Below, piece by piece: positions 1 through 13,526 of a stretch of 47,147 nt of DNA. Below the pieces are notes generated by a model. The model worked only from the letters and a program-made list of their open reading frames with translations, was not told where the DNA came from and did no database searches. This DNA comes from Squatina squatina (Eukaryota), in assembly GCA_031763465.1 (NCBI GenBank), contig JARFOE010000072.1, positions 1,071,299-1,118,445 of the forward strand, read 5' to 3'. Both the position numbers and the translations under genes were made by a program. Position 1 is the stretch's first letter; the number at the start of each line of letters is the position of its first letter.

Positions 1-250
1 ATTTTGAAGAAGAGCAGGGGAATTATCCCTGGTGTTCTGGCCAATATTTATCCTTCAATCAACATAACAAAACAGATTATTAGGTCATTATCACATTGCT
101 GCTTGTGGGAGCTTGCTGTGCGCAAGTTGGCTGCCGCGTTTCCCACATTACAACAGTGACTACACTTCAAAAGTACTCATTGGCAGTAAAGCGCTTTGAG
201 ATGTCTGGTGGTCATGAAAGGCACTATATAAATGCAAGTCTTTCTTTCTT
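1..250 (+). mobile_element. Deu-domain SINE (SacSINE1-like), 3' part
   Basis: Deu-like core (ctggccaatatttatcc...gctgccgcgtttcccacattacaacag) and LINE-derived tail ggcactatataaatgcaagtctttc; matches the reverse complement of the copy at 8097-8556. Confidence 0.8.
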
Positions 251-2979
251 ACTTCATGATTTATGCAGAGTATATTGCGCTGTTTGAGAAGAAAGCTCAG
301 ATTTATGAGTTCATTATTTGACACGTGTCAGGAATGTAAGGTGAGCTAAATTAGGAATTATCGTGGTTATTGTATTTTGAAGTATTGCTTCAGCGGAAAA
401 TGGGTAAAGAGAAACTTGAAATTGGGGAGAAAGATTTTAGGTAATCTGACAATTGAATAATGATGGCAAAACAAAAATAAAAACGTAAAAAATTATAGTG
501 GAGGAAAATAATCGACTTTGACATTTAATGAAGAGGAACAAAGTTTAATAACCACCAATCAGACAGACTCGATGAACATCACAGATATGTGAAACCTTAT
601 TACAAAGATTTAACATGCTAATTGAATGGGAATTGAAAGTGTTTTTTCAATTGGAGTTATTTTGCAAAGTGGTTCAGAGTTCTATTTTAAAACAAATTCT
701 GCGACACTGTCACTGTAAAAGTTGTGAGGGAGGAAAACTTCATCCTCACAACCTCTCGCAAATCTTATTGTGGCTATAAATAAAACAAAAGTAATTCTGA
801 TAAACTGACAGACTGTCTTTTGACAGTATCCTCAGCTGTCTGCAGCTTCCCTTCAATCTGTGCTGTGGGATTGCACTGCACCAATCTGAAAGTTTGAACT
901 GAACAGGTATGATTGATCTGTTGGCTTATGGCTGCTCAGCTGAGAAAAAAAATCGATATCTGCAGAAACCTCTCATCATGAATTTATCAGAAGACTATTT
1001 TTTTTCTTCCTTGAAGGTATAAATTCTCAAAATTCCCTTTGAGAAAAGGCCACGGTGTGGATTTCACCATGATGGGTTTGCTGAACAAAGACTTTAGATA
1101 ATACTGAAGCAGCTGTCCTCATCTTAATATGTTAATGAGGTTTTTTTTTGTATTTCTACTGTACAGTTGCAGAACAGAACAGTAGGGAGTCAGAAATAAT
1201 TGTTTATAGGTGCAGAATTATTCAGATTTATTCAAAGTAGTGATCCAAGATCTGAATAATTCATGACGTGAAGTGAATAATGAAGAAGTCAAGTAAATTG
1301 CACAACAAAATAACTCTTAAATGAAAATGAGCTCTCACTGTTACTAAGATTGCAATATTAACTAAGAACCTTTCCAAGTCTGCAGTAACATTTCAGCACT
1401 AAGCTAAAAATAAGTTAATATACAATTGTAAGTTTACTCAGCGAATAATGTGAATTAGACAAATGTTACATAATTTTACTTTGTAGCCTAAGAAACATAA
1501 CTCAAAAAATATTTTTTGCAGATGCAATGCAACTAGATACAGCTGCGGGTTTTGAAATCTGTAGAACATTTGGGGGGGTGGGGGTGACCACTTTTCTCAG
1601 CATGATCACTTCTTCCCCACTCCCTCCACCCATAGCTGTTTGCTCCATTGTGCTGTGGCATAGCTTGAGACTTCCCTCCCCTCAATTTGCTTTTTTGCCT
1701 TCATTGTAGGTATTCAGTGCTGCATATCTATTAAACAGCTTTACATCCCACAAGAGTTTCCTGTGCTACCTCTACCTGAGTAGTTCTCCTGCCCCAGCAT
1801 TTGGTCACCCTCTTCCCTCCCCCTGACTCACTCTTCTTCACTAGTTACAAGGTGACCATCTCATACCTTGTTCATCCTAGCATTCCCTCCTCTTCCCNNN
1901 NNNNNNNNNNNNNNNNNNNNNNNNNNNNNNNNNNNNNNNNNNNNNNNNNNNNNNNNNNNNNNNNNNNNNNNNNNNNNNNNNNNNNNNNNNNNNNNNNAAG
2001 ATTCACCTGGAACTACAGGGGTTTCAGATTTTCATTATTTCATTGTGAGTTTTGAAATTGTGTTTTTCACAGAACAGCTTTTATATGGAAATTATGCGTT
2101 TAAGTTCTCCAGAATTGGTCACAAACCATTGCCATCTTTGATAATATCAATATGACTCCAAAGAAATTATTTTGTCTTCTTAGGCTGTTTCATTGCCAGC
2201 ACCCAGATCTAGGACCAATATAGACCTCAGAAAAAAAATAATGCGCAACTTAAATCCACACAGACTGTTCAATTTATATTGTTTTGCAGAAAGCGCTCAG
2301 CTACATTAAGAGTTCCTTCACACTGCAATATTAGCTAGTTATGCAAAGCAACTGACACTAAATTTGCGGTGTAACTCCAGAGCTGGGTTCTGACCTGATT
2401 TCAGGGTGAAGTGCACGGAGACTCTCAGATTGCCTGGGCTGGACACCACATGGGAGGGGTCCTTTTTACATTCGGCGCTGGTGTAAGCTGGATGATGTCT
2501 NNNNNNNNNNNNNNNNNNNNNNNNNNNNNNNNNNNNNNNNNNNNNNNNNNNNNNNNNNNNNNNNNNNNNNNNNNNNNNNNNNNNNNNNNNNNNNNNNNNN
2601 TTGTTTTACCAGCGATTGTATTGCTAAATGTTTACTTTCTATGTATTGCCATTATTTATAAATCAGTATCGCTACCTATCGTGGATTTTTGTAGATAATT
2701 CAGCTGCAGCTTTATTAGGCAAGGTTTTCTATATTTATAAACACTTAACTTTCTAAACCTTTGTGCCTTGGATATAGTGTGGGGAGATGTGTGAAAATAT
2801 GCTTTCTTTTAATGCTATAGCTTGTGTTTATTAAAATATTTAGCATCCTTTGTGGAGCTTGTTCTAATTTATTGTACTAACATTTTTAGCTGCTGAAATT
2901 GTAAACTCTACCTGGCCAGATCTCTACCTCTTAAATATATGTACTCCACCCATTTAGGAAAAATACATTTTTAGGACTG

Positions 2980-2985
2980 AATAAA
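2980..2985 (+). terminator. Candidate poly(A) signal of a plus-strand gene convergent with GAS2
   Basis: AATAAA at the end of an AT-rich UTR-like stretch, with TG/T-rich sequence downstream; no coding exon seen. Confidence 0.3.
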
Positions 2986-3828
2986 ACTGTTTGTAGCATT
3001 GATTTCATGTTTTTAGCTGATTATACTTTGGAAATGATANNNNNNNNNNTATAAATATTTGATATTCCTTGCATTAGTAAACCCAATATAAGTGCTTGTC
3101 ATCAAGTGATTCAATCACAGAACTCTATTTGTCACTGATTATTGTGGCACCTGTTGTTAAAAGAATATGCACGGGATATTGTGTTCCTCTGTATTGTACA
3201 GAAGATACAGCCTACAGTGTCTTCCAAGGTAGGTAATGTTTTTGCCAACTTGGTCCTCTTAGGAGCTGTTGACTGCTGCTGAAGTGCATTTCTACATGTG
3301 GCAGGCGACCATTGACACCTTATCCAAGCGGCCATACCTTGTTAAAACAGAGACCAGGATAGGTTTCTGCAATGTTGCTGATCTTGATGTTGCCCTCGCT
3401 GGCGGCCACGCACAGCACTTTCTGTTGGGAGATCAAAAGAGCTAATTCTGGCTATTATACTTTTCCTTGCCCAGCACTGGGCTGATTGTCCTGCCATCCT
3501 GGTTAAAAACAGCTAACTAGGGATCATGGCTTAGTTGCATGCTGCCTTTATCAACTGGGCCATCGGGAGAGCCATGTGTACATTTTGAATTCTTTCGTGG
3601 TAATGTTTTCTGAACACCTTTGGGATTAACAATGTCTGCAAATAGAATTTATTAGCATTTTGTTGCAGGGTTAGATTATAAACTCCATCTTTACAATTTT
3701 GTCCTTTTTGATAAAGCTTTCTTTAGTTTTCCCACACATACATGTGCATATAATTCACATGATTTTATTTACATTTTGCAGATATCAAATGTGACACAAG
3801 CTGTAAACCAAACCCTAAAATTTCCCAT

Positions 3829-4025
3829 ACAAAAGCAAAATACTGCGGATGCTGGAAATGTCAAATAAACACAGAAAATGTTGGAAATACTCAGTCGGGT
3901 TGCATTTTGTGGAGAGAGAAACAGAGTTAATGCTTCAAACGTTAACTCTGTTTCTCTCCACAGATGCTGTCTGAGCTGCTGAGTTTTTACAGCATTTTCT
4001 GTGTTTTTTATTCCCGATATTTCCA
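3829..4025. mobile_element. Inverted pair of Penelope-like terminal-repeat fragments
   Basis: gtggagagagaaacagagttaa and gttaactctgtttctctccac are mutual reverse complements; same family as 20523-20660. Confidence 0.7.
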
Positions 4026-4862
4026 AGTGATTTAGCATATAACTGTCCCATTGAGGGGATTCACACACTTGGTCATAATAAATAATAGGAGTTTATTGTT
4101 TTATTGGAACACCCTATGCTGAGGTCCCTCATGGAAGAATGACAGGATGCACTCTGCTCTGTTTTGCATCTTTCTCCGTGACCTGGTGAATCAGTAAAGA
4201 TCTGTTTGGAGCTTTCTACAGTTTTTGATTCTCTGCTTAGAAGATAAGATTCATTGAATGGACAAATGGTGTGTTATCAGTACTGAATACACCAAGTAAA
4301 TAACATTGAGAAGNNNNNNNNNNNNNNNNNNNNNNNNNNNNNNNNNNNNNNNNNNNNNNNNNNNNNNNNNNNNNNNNNNNNNNNNNNNNNNNNNNNNNNN
4401 NNNNNNNNNNNNNTTTATAACATGCATGTCTCCTGCACAAAGATTTGTACACAATAACAATTATTTATTTTCATCCGGGCTGCTCCTTTATATTGGGCTA
4501 CAATTTCCGCAAGGGTTCCCCAATCTTCTCAATCCTCCACCGTAAATTTGGCGGATGATTGTAAGAAACCGGGAGAAACGGTGTAAACACCCTATTTCTC
4601 TGGGATTTCTGGCAGAGTTATGTAGGACAATCGGGGAAAATCCCACAGAAATGTCAGATGGGTAAGTTCCTGGACATTGTTGATTACTCCTGTGATTGCA
4701 TATCTTTGTACAATTCTATTTGTTGAACGTTGAGATGTAGCTCTACAGGGTATTGCTACAGTAACAATTCTTTGGTAATTGCAAATTAAAGCAAAGACAT
4801 CAATTATTTAGAGATACTCAAAATAATTGAGTGGGCACAGTTGCATAGTAAATACTGGACAA

Positions 4863-5111
4863 TCACTTTGTTCCCCAGTTGCCACTATTATTACTTGCAC
4901 TCTCTCTTCTGCCTCTGTAATGGGCAGCTACCACAAGGTAACTATCAGGACTCAGATCTTTGATCGTTGGAGACTTGTTAGGGACTGGAGAGGTCTTGCC
5001 ATCCACTCTGGAAATCTGCAGCATCCGGCAGGGGTCATGCTTCAGCAGGTAGCCTTCAAACGTCTCCCATCCTCCTCCTACACGTACCATCACATGTTTG
5101 TTGTGCAGCAT
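4863..5111 (-). CDS. GAS2: GAS2 last coding exon (GAR domain end)
   Basis: ttgcag acceptor, then [42 protein letters not shown]...WGTK*; VMVRVGGGW is the GAR hallmark. Confidence 0.97.
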   Translation of the reverse strand: MLHNKHVMVRVGGGWETFEGYLLKHDPCRMLQISRVDGKTSPVPNKSPTIKDLSPDSYLVVAAHYRGRRESASNNSGNWGTK

Positions 5112-5145
5112 CTGCAATACAAAATAATTATTTAACAATAAAATC

Positions 5146-7218
5146 AATGGAAGGTTGTAGAATGGAGGGGGGTGTATAATGGAGGGAGTTTATAATGGTG
5201 GGAGTGTATAATGGAGTTGGTGTATAATGGAGGGTGCTTATAATAGAGGGTTTGTATAATGGAGGGAGTGTATAATGCAGGGAGTGTATAATGGAGAAGG
5301 TGTATGATGGAGTTGGTGTAAAATGGAGAGGGTTTATAATGAAGTGAGCGTATAATGGAGGAGTCAGATAATGGAGGGGGGTATAACGGAGGGGGCATAA
5401 AATGGAGGGGCATATAATGGAGGGAGAGAATTAAGAATGGGGCTTATAATGGAGGGAATGTATAATGGAGGGGGGTGTATAATGGAGGTAATGTATAATG
5501 GAGGGTGTGTGTAATGGAGGTAATGTATAATGGAGGTAATGTATAATGGAGGGAGCTTATAATGTATTTTCTGTATAATGGAGTTGGAGTGTATAATGGA
5601 GGGGGTTATAATGGAGTTGCTATATAATGGATGGTATGTATAATGAAAAGGGCATATAATGGAGTTGGTGTATAATGGACGGGGTGTATAATTGAGGGAG
5701 TTTATAATAGAGGGAGTGTATAATAGAGGGAGTGTATAATGGAGGGGGTGTATAATTGAGGAAGTGTATAATGGAGGAAGTGTATAATTGAGCAAGTGTA
5801 TAATGAAGGGAGTGTATAATGGAGGGATCGTAGAATGGAGGGGGCGTATAATGAAAGGAGCATACAATGAATGAGTCAGATAAAGGAGAGGGGTATAACG
5901 GAGGGGGCATAAAATGGAAGGGGTGTATAATGGAGGGGGTGTATAATGGAGAGGTTTATAATGGATGGAGTGTATAATGGAGGGAGCATATAATGGAGGG
6001 AGCGTATAATGGAGGGAGCTTATATGGAAGGGCTGTATAATGGAGGTGTGTATAATGGAGGGAGTGTATAATGGAGTTGGTGTATAATGGAGGGGTTTAT
6101 AATGGAGGAGCGTATAGTGGAGGGAGTGTATAATGGAGATTGTGTATAATGGAAGGGTGTATAATGGAGGTGCATATAAAGGAGTGAGTGTATAATGGAG
6201 GGAGTGTATAATGGAGTTGGTGTATAATGGAGGGGTGTGTAATGGAGGGACGTATAATGGACGGGGTGTATAATTGAGGGAGTGTATAATGAAGGAGGTG
6301 TATAATGGAGGAGGTGTATAATGGAGGCAGCGTATAATGGAGGGATTGTATTATGGATAGAGTGTATAATGGAGTTGGTGTATAATGAAGGGAGCGTATA
6401 ATGGAGTTGGTGTTTAATGGAGGGAGTGTATAATGGAGGAGGCGTATAATGGAGTTGGTGTATAATGGAGGTGGTCTATAATGGACGGGGTGTATAATGG
6501 TGGGGCTTATAATGGAGGGAGTGTATAATGGAGTTTGTGTATAATGGAGGGAGTTTATAATGGAGGGGGGGTAAAATGGAGGGAGTGTATAATGGAGGAG
6601 GCGTATAATGGAAGGGGGGTAAAATGGAGGGGGATATAATGGAGGGAGTGTTTAATGGAGGGAGGGTATAATGGAGGGGTCTTATGATGGAGTGTTTGTA
6701 TAATGAAGGGGGTGCATAATGGAGGGGTGTATAATGGAGGAGTCATGTAATGGAGCAGGGCATAAAATGGAGGGAGGCTATAATGAAGGGGGCTTATAAT
6801 GGAGGGTTTGTATAATGAAGGGTGTGTATAATGGAGTCGGTGTATGATGGAGGGAATGTATAATGGAGGGTGTGTATAATGGAGAGGGTGTATGATGGAG
6901 GGAGTGTATGATGGAGGGGGTTGTAGAATGGAGGGAGTGTATAATGGAGGGAGTGTATAATGGAGGGGCATTTAAATGAGGGAGTGTATGATGGAGGGGT
7001 GTATAATGGAGAGGGTGTATAATGGAGGAAATATATAATGGAGAGAGTCTATGATGAAGGTAGTGTATAATGGAGGGAGCGTATAATGGAGGGAACGTAT
7101 AATGGAGGGAGCCTATATGGAGGGGCTGTATAATGGAGGTATGTATAATGGAGGGAGTGTATAATGGAGTTGGTGTATAATGGAGGGGTTTATAATGGAG
7201 GAGCGTATAGTGGAGGGA
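5146..7218. repeat. Minisatellite, ~16-bp unit GTGTATAATGGAGGGA, >2 kb, runs into gap
   Basis: Direct reading: well over 100 degenerate tandem units. Confidence 0.97.
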
Positions 7219-7419
7219 NNNNNNNNNNNNNNNNNNNNNNNNNNNNNNNNNNNNNNNNNNNNNNNNNNNNNNNNNNNNNNNNNNNNNNNNNNNNNNNNNN
7301 NNNNNNNNNNNNNNNNNNAAATGCCGGTTATGCGGGCTCATGATGTATATGTCTCCCCGGGTGCGTGGGAACACCGTTCCCAGCCGGAAAGATTGCAATT
7401 TCAGGGCCATAAACTCGGT

Positions 7420-7515
7420 TACTCTCTCCACAGATGCTGCCTGACCTGCTACTTATTCCCAACATTTACTGTTTTTAATTTCAGATTTCCAGCAGCTACA
7501 GTATTTAGCTTTTAT
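7420..7515 (+). mobile_element. Penelope-like terminal-repeat fragment
   Basis: ctctccacagatgctgcctgacctgct...ttcagatttccagca, shared with the other copies. Confidence 0.65.
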
Positions 7516-8096
7516 ATTAGAATGAAACTCTATTTTCAAAGTTCAAACCCCAAAGTCATTAGTTGAGAATGAAAAGATCTGAGGACCAAACGTAACTGAA
7601 ATATTTTCTGTAAACCCACTAAGATTTATACCACTTGTTTATGAACTGGCTTTAGAAGCCATTAGAGTCAAAAATTGATAAGACTCACAGCTATTGCAAA
7701 TTGTTACATGGTTATTCTGTAGGAAGATTCATCACAGATCTATTTCTCAGTACAGCTGGTACTTACTACAAATTATTACTTCTATTTGGGTTACTTTCAG
7801 AGGAAAATGCTGTATCTGAATTTTCATTATGAAACAGAATAATCCTCTTCATGTAATGTGTATTTGACTGCTGTGGCTAAAAACATTTGACTAATTTTCC
7901 TGAACAGATTAATATTAATCAACTAATGGACTAATCGCAGTCAGTGAAAGGATTTTCCTTTGAACATGCAGTTTAGTATTGAAAGAGTAATGAAAATTAA
8001 TTAGCACATCACCAAGTAAATTGCACTGCAGCTCAAGAGCTGTGGGCCAGCTTCCTAATGTACCTTTAAAAGCAGTAGCATGTTTAAATAGATCAT

Positions 8097-8556
8097 AAAA
8101 GAAAGACTTGCATTTATATAGCACCTTTCACGACCACTGGTTGTCTCAAAGCGCTTTACAGCCAATGAAGTACTTTTGAAGTGTAGTCGCTGTTGTAATG
8201 TGGGAAATGTGGCAGCCAATTTGCACACAGCAAGCCCCCACAAACAGCAATGACCACATAATCTGTTTTGTTATGTTGATTGAGGAATAAATATTGGCCA
8301 GGACACCAGGGAAATCTCCCCTGCTCTTCTTCGAAACAGTGCCATGGGATCTTTTACATCCACCTGAGAGAGCAAACGGAACCTCAGCTTAACGTCTCAG
8401 CCAAAAGACAGCACTTCCATCAGTGCAGCGCTCTCTCACCGCTGTGCCAGAGTGTCAGCCTAGATTCATATGCTCAAGCCCCTAGAGTGGGACTTGAACC
8501 GACAACTTTCTGACTCAGAGGAAAGTGTGCTACCCACTGAGCCACAGCTAACACTG
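8097..8556 (-). mobile_element. Near full-length tRNA-derived Deu-domain SINE (SacSINE1-like)
   Basis: Minus strand: A-box TGGCTCAGTGG, B-box GGTTCAAGTCC, Deu core, tail gctatataaatgcaagtctttctttt. Confidence 0.88.
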
Positions 8557-10439
8557 TAAATCATGAGTTATGTTTGGTATTTTCTGACATAAGTAAAAGA
8601 ATAAATCAAGGCCACTCATTTATGACTTTCACAGAAAATAGGACACAATCACATGATTCTATGCCCGAGATAACATGTAATAAATTTGTCACAGTAGATC
8701 TGTGGCCCTGATGATACATTATGAATTACAATATTTTACATAACTTCCACATTTTTACAAAGCACTACATCCGCTCACTCATTATGAGCAACGTCACTGG
8801 GGATCCACTAGAAAAATCTTTGTGTCTAGCATATCTGCCACACCCCATATGTCACACTCAATTACAGATGCAAAAAAATGTTAAATGAGTGTTGGAAAAA
8901 ACATTGAAAATGCTGCAAAAATTATTGGAAAAGAAATCACAGATCAAACAGCAGCCCAGAAGTGGGAGATATTTAAATACGAGAATAATGATGCAGATTA
9001 AATACAGGTTAAATAGGCACACCAAAGGCAGGAGTTCCAGGGATAAAGAGAGAAGTTAGAGCAAAAAGGAGATTTATAAACTTCTTAGGCAGTCCCTCGA
9101 GGTCGAGGNNNNNNNNNNNNNNNNNNNNNNNNNNNNNNNNNNNNNNNNNNNNNNNNNNNNNNNNNNNNNNNNNNNNNNNNNNNNNNNNNNNNNNNNNNNN
9201 NNNNNNNNGGGGCGCTGCACTTCACTGTGCAACCAGAAAAACAGTTTGAGCCAAGCTATGCTAGATCAGAATGAATGTTATATACATTAACTTCTGATAG
9301 TTTTACCATTCCTTTAAGCACCCCGTTGGTCTTTGCACTGCTGACTCATCGTGAGTCATGTCTGTGTTGTCCCAGACACAAAAAGAATCTGGAAACCAAG
9401 ATTAAAAGATATTGCTATCTTACTAAAGAAGCTGAAAAGACTTCAATCTCTTTCTGTTATAAATTATGTACAGGGTGTTTCAGTTTGATATTGATATGAC
9501 CAAGGTTGGCAGAATTCTGCTGCTCCCTGCAGGGAAAAGTTTTTTTTTAATATAGCTGAATCTTGGATGTTGCCAGATTATTAAATCATCAGGTTCCACT
9601 TACTGTCAAAATAAATGACAAATTCAGCTGCTTCTTATGGATCAGTACTTGCAAAACTAATAGAAACAATTAAGCCGTGCAGAATAGAATTCAAATTTAC
9701 CAAAATCATTTGTGCAGCCCCATGCCACATCTTTGTATTTCTACAAAGCTGCAAAAGGTTTCAGCTGATGCTATATAAATCAGCTAAGGAGAATGGAAGT
9801 TATAATCAATTGTGACTGATATGTGTATCAGAAATTCAGTTACACCAGTGGATTAAAACAAAAATACATTTAAAAATATAATAAAGTCAACTGGTGTCAT
9901 GAGTGTTCATGGTTGCCACGGAGATATTTTTACTAAGTACTTTGGCTGGCATTTTAAAAAAAAGTTTTATTGTAAAGAGCTTTCTTGCATAGTTTGCAAA
10001 AAGTGTAACAAAATGAATTGAAGAGCTAGTGGATCTGTGGATTTTTTAAAAAAAACTAACTTGCCATAATGAGTGGTATTTGCCTCTGTGGTTTGAAGCC
10101 AGTGAAAGAGGTTTTCAATTCCTAAAGGGATCCTGAAACCAAAGCTTTGCATTGTGTAATATCTTCTATGTTTAAAAAAAAATGAAGGTAATGAATTTTT
10201 GGATACCTACCTCCTCGTGCTGTGTAGATAAGCAGCTAAGTCTCTTTCAGTCTTTTCTCCGTCTTGGTGAGGTCTTATTCCAGCACCATTAGCTGCTTTT
10301 AGGATCTTCTCTTATACCTGTACCTAACCAACTGTCATTTCTTGATCAGCTAGCATTTTAATAATATCCTTGGCCAAAAATTCTACTCTCTTTCCTCCAT
10401 CTATTGGAGGTCCATTCCTTCGATGAGATATTAAGCTAA

Positions 10440-10640
10440 GTTCCTGTCTGGCAGTGCAGGTGGATATTAAAGCTTCCATGGCACTATGCAAACAGTAGAG
10501 AGAGCATCTGATGTCCCAGCAAACATTCCTCCCTCAATCACTACACCAAAAACAACACACAGTGAATGGTCATCTGTTTGTAGGACTTTGATATGTGCAA
10601 AATAGCTGTCACATTTACCTACATTATGTTACTGTAATTG
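10440..10640 (+). mobile_element. Degraded Deu-domain SINE
   Basis: ccatggcactat...gtcccagcaaacattcctccctcaatca...tgtgcaaaatagctg aligns by eye with the intact copies. Confidence 0.55.
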
Positions 10641-10895
10641 AAAACCTTGATTTTACCCCTCCCGATGGGCAGGAAAGGGTCAGGCGAGGGGCAATGTTCC
10701 CATTAAGCTGCAAAGCCAAGCAGCTGTCTTAGAGGTCCTGCATAGGCCGGTCACCAGCTTTTGAATGGAAAAACCGCACATGCGTGGAAATTTGAATGGG
10801 CCATGCACCCAAAAGTAAGTTACAGGGAACACTGACGAGGGGTTAAAATTTGGATCCCACCTTCAAGCTGTCACATTTTCCTAGTGTCCTGGCCA

Positions 10896-11141
10896 ACAAA
10901 ATTGGGGGCACAATCTGGACTGGGTGCTTCTGTGCCGGTGTCGGCCGGGAGCCGGTATTTTTCCTGCCAGCTCCCAAAACCCTTCGCCTGCCACAGCATT
11001 CGGTGTTCTCCGGCGGGAGCGAGGCGCAGCAATATCGGCCTCGTTCGAGGGGCGGCAGGCCGGGGATGTCGCTGGCATGGCACTGACACTCACGATGTCA
11101 GTGCGCCGCATCTGCATCGCAGCTCACTGACATCAAATGCA
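10896..11141. mobile_element. CpG-rich end of a probable young non-autonomous DNA transposon
   Basis: Abrupt GC/CpG-rich block starting gggggcacaatctgg and running into a gap. Confidence 0.45.
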
Positions 11142-11241
11142 NNNNNNNNNNNNNNNNNNNNNNNNNNNNNNNNNNNNNNNNNNNNNNNNNNNNNNNNNNN
11201 NNNNNNNNNNNNNNNNNNNNNNNNNNNNNNNNNNNNNNNNN

Positions 11242-11353
11242 TTTCTTTCCAGGAGATTTAGTTGGAGAAGGAGACGGAGGAGGTGCGGAATGAGACTCTT
11301 CCTGTTCGATTTCTTTTTCTAATTTGACCAGTCCTGATGGTTCTACTCCAAAC
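11242..11353 (-). CDS. GAS2: GAS2 internal exon, 3' end lost in gap
   Basis: atccag acceptor, then (R)FGVEPSGLVKLEKEIEQEESHSAPPPSPSPTKSPGKK. Confidence 0.95.
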
Positions 11354-13526
11354 CTGGATTGTGAAAGAAAACAGTCCATATGTCATGTATTGTTAAATGA
11401 ATAGACATAAAACATCTCAAGCTTCCATTTGCAAGAAAGCTAACTCAATCTCGATTTGATTGTATGGTTGGTATAAGACGTCTGTGCTGGAGTGTACAAT
11501 TTTAACTTAATTGCTTCCATTCATGTGTAATGCTTGCCAAAGTTAGCATTGCTTTTTGAAACCTCAGTGATACTGACATGATAGACACTACACAGGGATG
11601 GAAGCAATTATACAAAAATGTACATGTTGGGGGAAAAAAATAATGGTTTACATATTTTAAACCTCATTGTCAGATTAGTGATGATTGCACCAAAGTGTAT
11701 TCAATTGAAAGGTTAAAATAGCTCATAAGCTCAGGATGCATCCAACACTGTACCATATATAACAATGTAGCAATGACTACATCAAACTGCACCATTGAAA
11801 AATCACAAATCACATTGTGGCTAGGGGCTGGTAATGAGCTGTTAGACAGCTGTAGCATTACCTTGCACAACAGCTGCTGCTGCTTGATACTATCAAGCTC
11901 TGACGTGAGATTTCTACTTGCCGTCCATTGTGCTTAATAATGCATTTTGGAAACCCAGTTGTGCTTTAGGCTATTAAGGACACTAAAAAGAGAAAATAAC
12001 AAAATATAGCTCATACCCACGTGAAATATTTTCCNNNNNNNNNNNNNNNNNNNNNNNNNNNNNNNNNNNNNNNNNNNNNNNNNNNNNNNNNNNNNNNNNN
12101 NNNNNNNNNNNNNNNNNNNNNNNNNNNNNNNNNNCCAATTTTTACCTCTCACTCTAATATGTTACTGGTATAAAGGTCTGAAGTTTCACTATATTTTTGT
12201 TTCTTTTCACATACGTGCAGTGCTACAAAATAGTGTATATTGCATGTGTTGATATGCCCACGAGACAATGTATGTGCTAGCACATACAAAAGAAAAGAGT
12301 GATAAAGTATGCAGCAGAGAGGGAAAAAAGAAATGTGATGGGCAAATGCAATGGATATGGTTGAATTAGGTGACTCTACATTGCACTGCCTTTGAATTGA
12401 TTACAGCACAAAATCTATCCAAAAATTGGGTTTATTTTAAGCCAGGAACTATCTGAAGCACAGGATTCATGACTTTAAACTGCCAGTCAGTGGTTGAATA
12501 CAAGCAGATGTTTGGTATTCTTTGACTTCCGATTGTAAATATAAACTGGGTATTAGATATTCAATTAACTTATCTGTGATAGGAAAGCTGCACAAACAGG
12601 AAAAGAAAAGACACGGAAAAAACCTCAACTCTCGATAATATTTCACATCTGGGCTCAAATGAAAAGTAGTATATTTGTAAATTAGATTAAGCTGGAGATG
12701 TGTTAATATTCACAGAATATAAAAGGCAGGTTTCAGAAATTCTTGTCATAGCTATTGATTCACATCATAGGTAAGTACAGCAGCAGCTATGAAATAAAAA
12801 AAATAAGTTTGGCTCATTGTAAATGGTAGCTAAGGTACCAAGTAAATAGGGATAAAACAAAAACTGTTTCAAATTATATTGATCCAAATGAATTTCATTT
12901 CTGCATAAGTGAAATTCTAGTTACAAATTGATTGCTTTCTTTGGCTAATAACTCATGTGGCCTGCTTAATGAAAAGTCAGCCAGCATCAATGTGACTGCC
13001 GACACTGAATATATCCTTTTCCTGAATGTCTGGAGGGGTTGACATGTTGTAAATCTTCTTATTCTCACTGGACCTCTTCCTATACCTGGTTTCACACTCA
13101 CTTACTACACAAACAGTCTGCTCCTGTGCAAGATCCTGCTTAATCTCTTTCTTTTTGATTTAATTAATCTGACAATTTTTCATAGCTCCTTGTGAAGAAA
13201 ATCTAATCAAATAATTGGTAATAATGAAAGATTTGGGTATATTTCAATTCTTTCCTCATAGTACTGGTCAAGGGAAGACATAATGAGGATGTTGGGGGAC
13301 CGCTAGTAAATTGATTAAATGTATCATTATTATCTAGAGAACCTATTGTAAGCATTTTGTTTCGGACATGCTAAAATTCAGAGGTTCTGACAATGTAATA
13401 ATGGAAATAAACACAAAACTATCTATGCTCTTACTGTTAAAGAAGATGAAATATACACACTACATTACAAGGAATTGTAGGGTCGGTTCCCCAATGTATT
13501 GCATGGGAAATGCCACCCGCAAGGAG

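Noticed and set aside
5144-7431. Long Y/P/H/I-rich ORFs, and TATAAT/GGAGG resembling bacterial -10 and Shine-Dalgarno signals or a CRISPR array
   Set aside because: Products of the 16-bp minisatellite in a eukaryotic intron; no unique spacers and no cas genes.
8470-8556. tRNA gene
   Set aside because: A and B boxes belong to the SINE head; no full cloverleaf.
10210-10320. AG...GT-bounded segment as the missing GAS2 exon (IREDP resembles ISEDP)
   Set aside because: Stops in all three frames and no further similarity.
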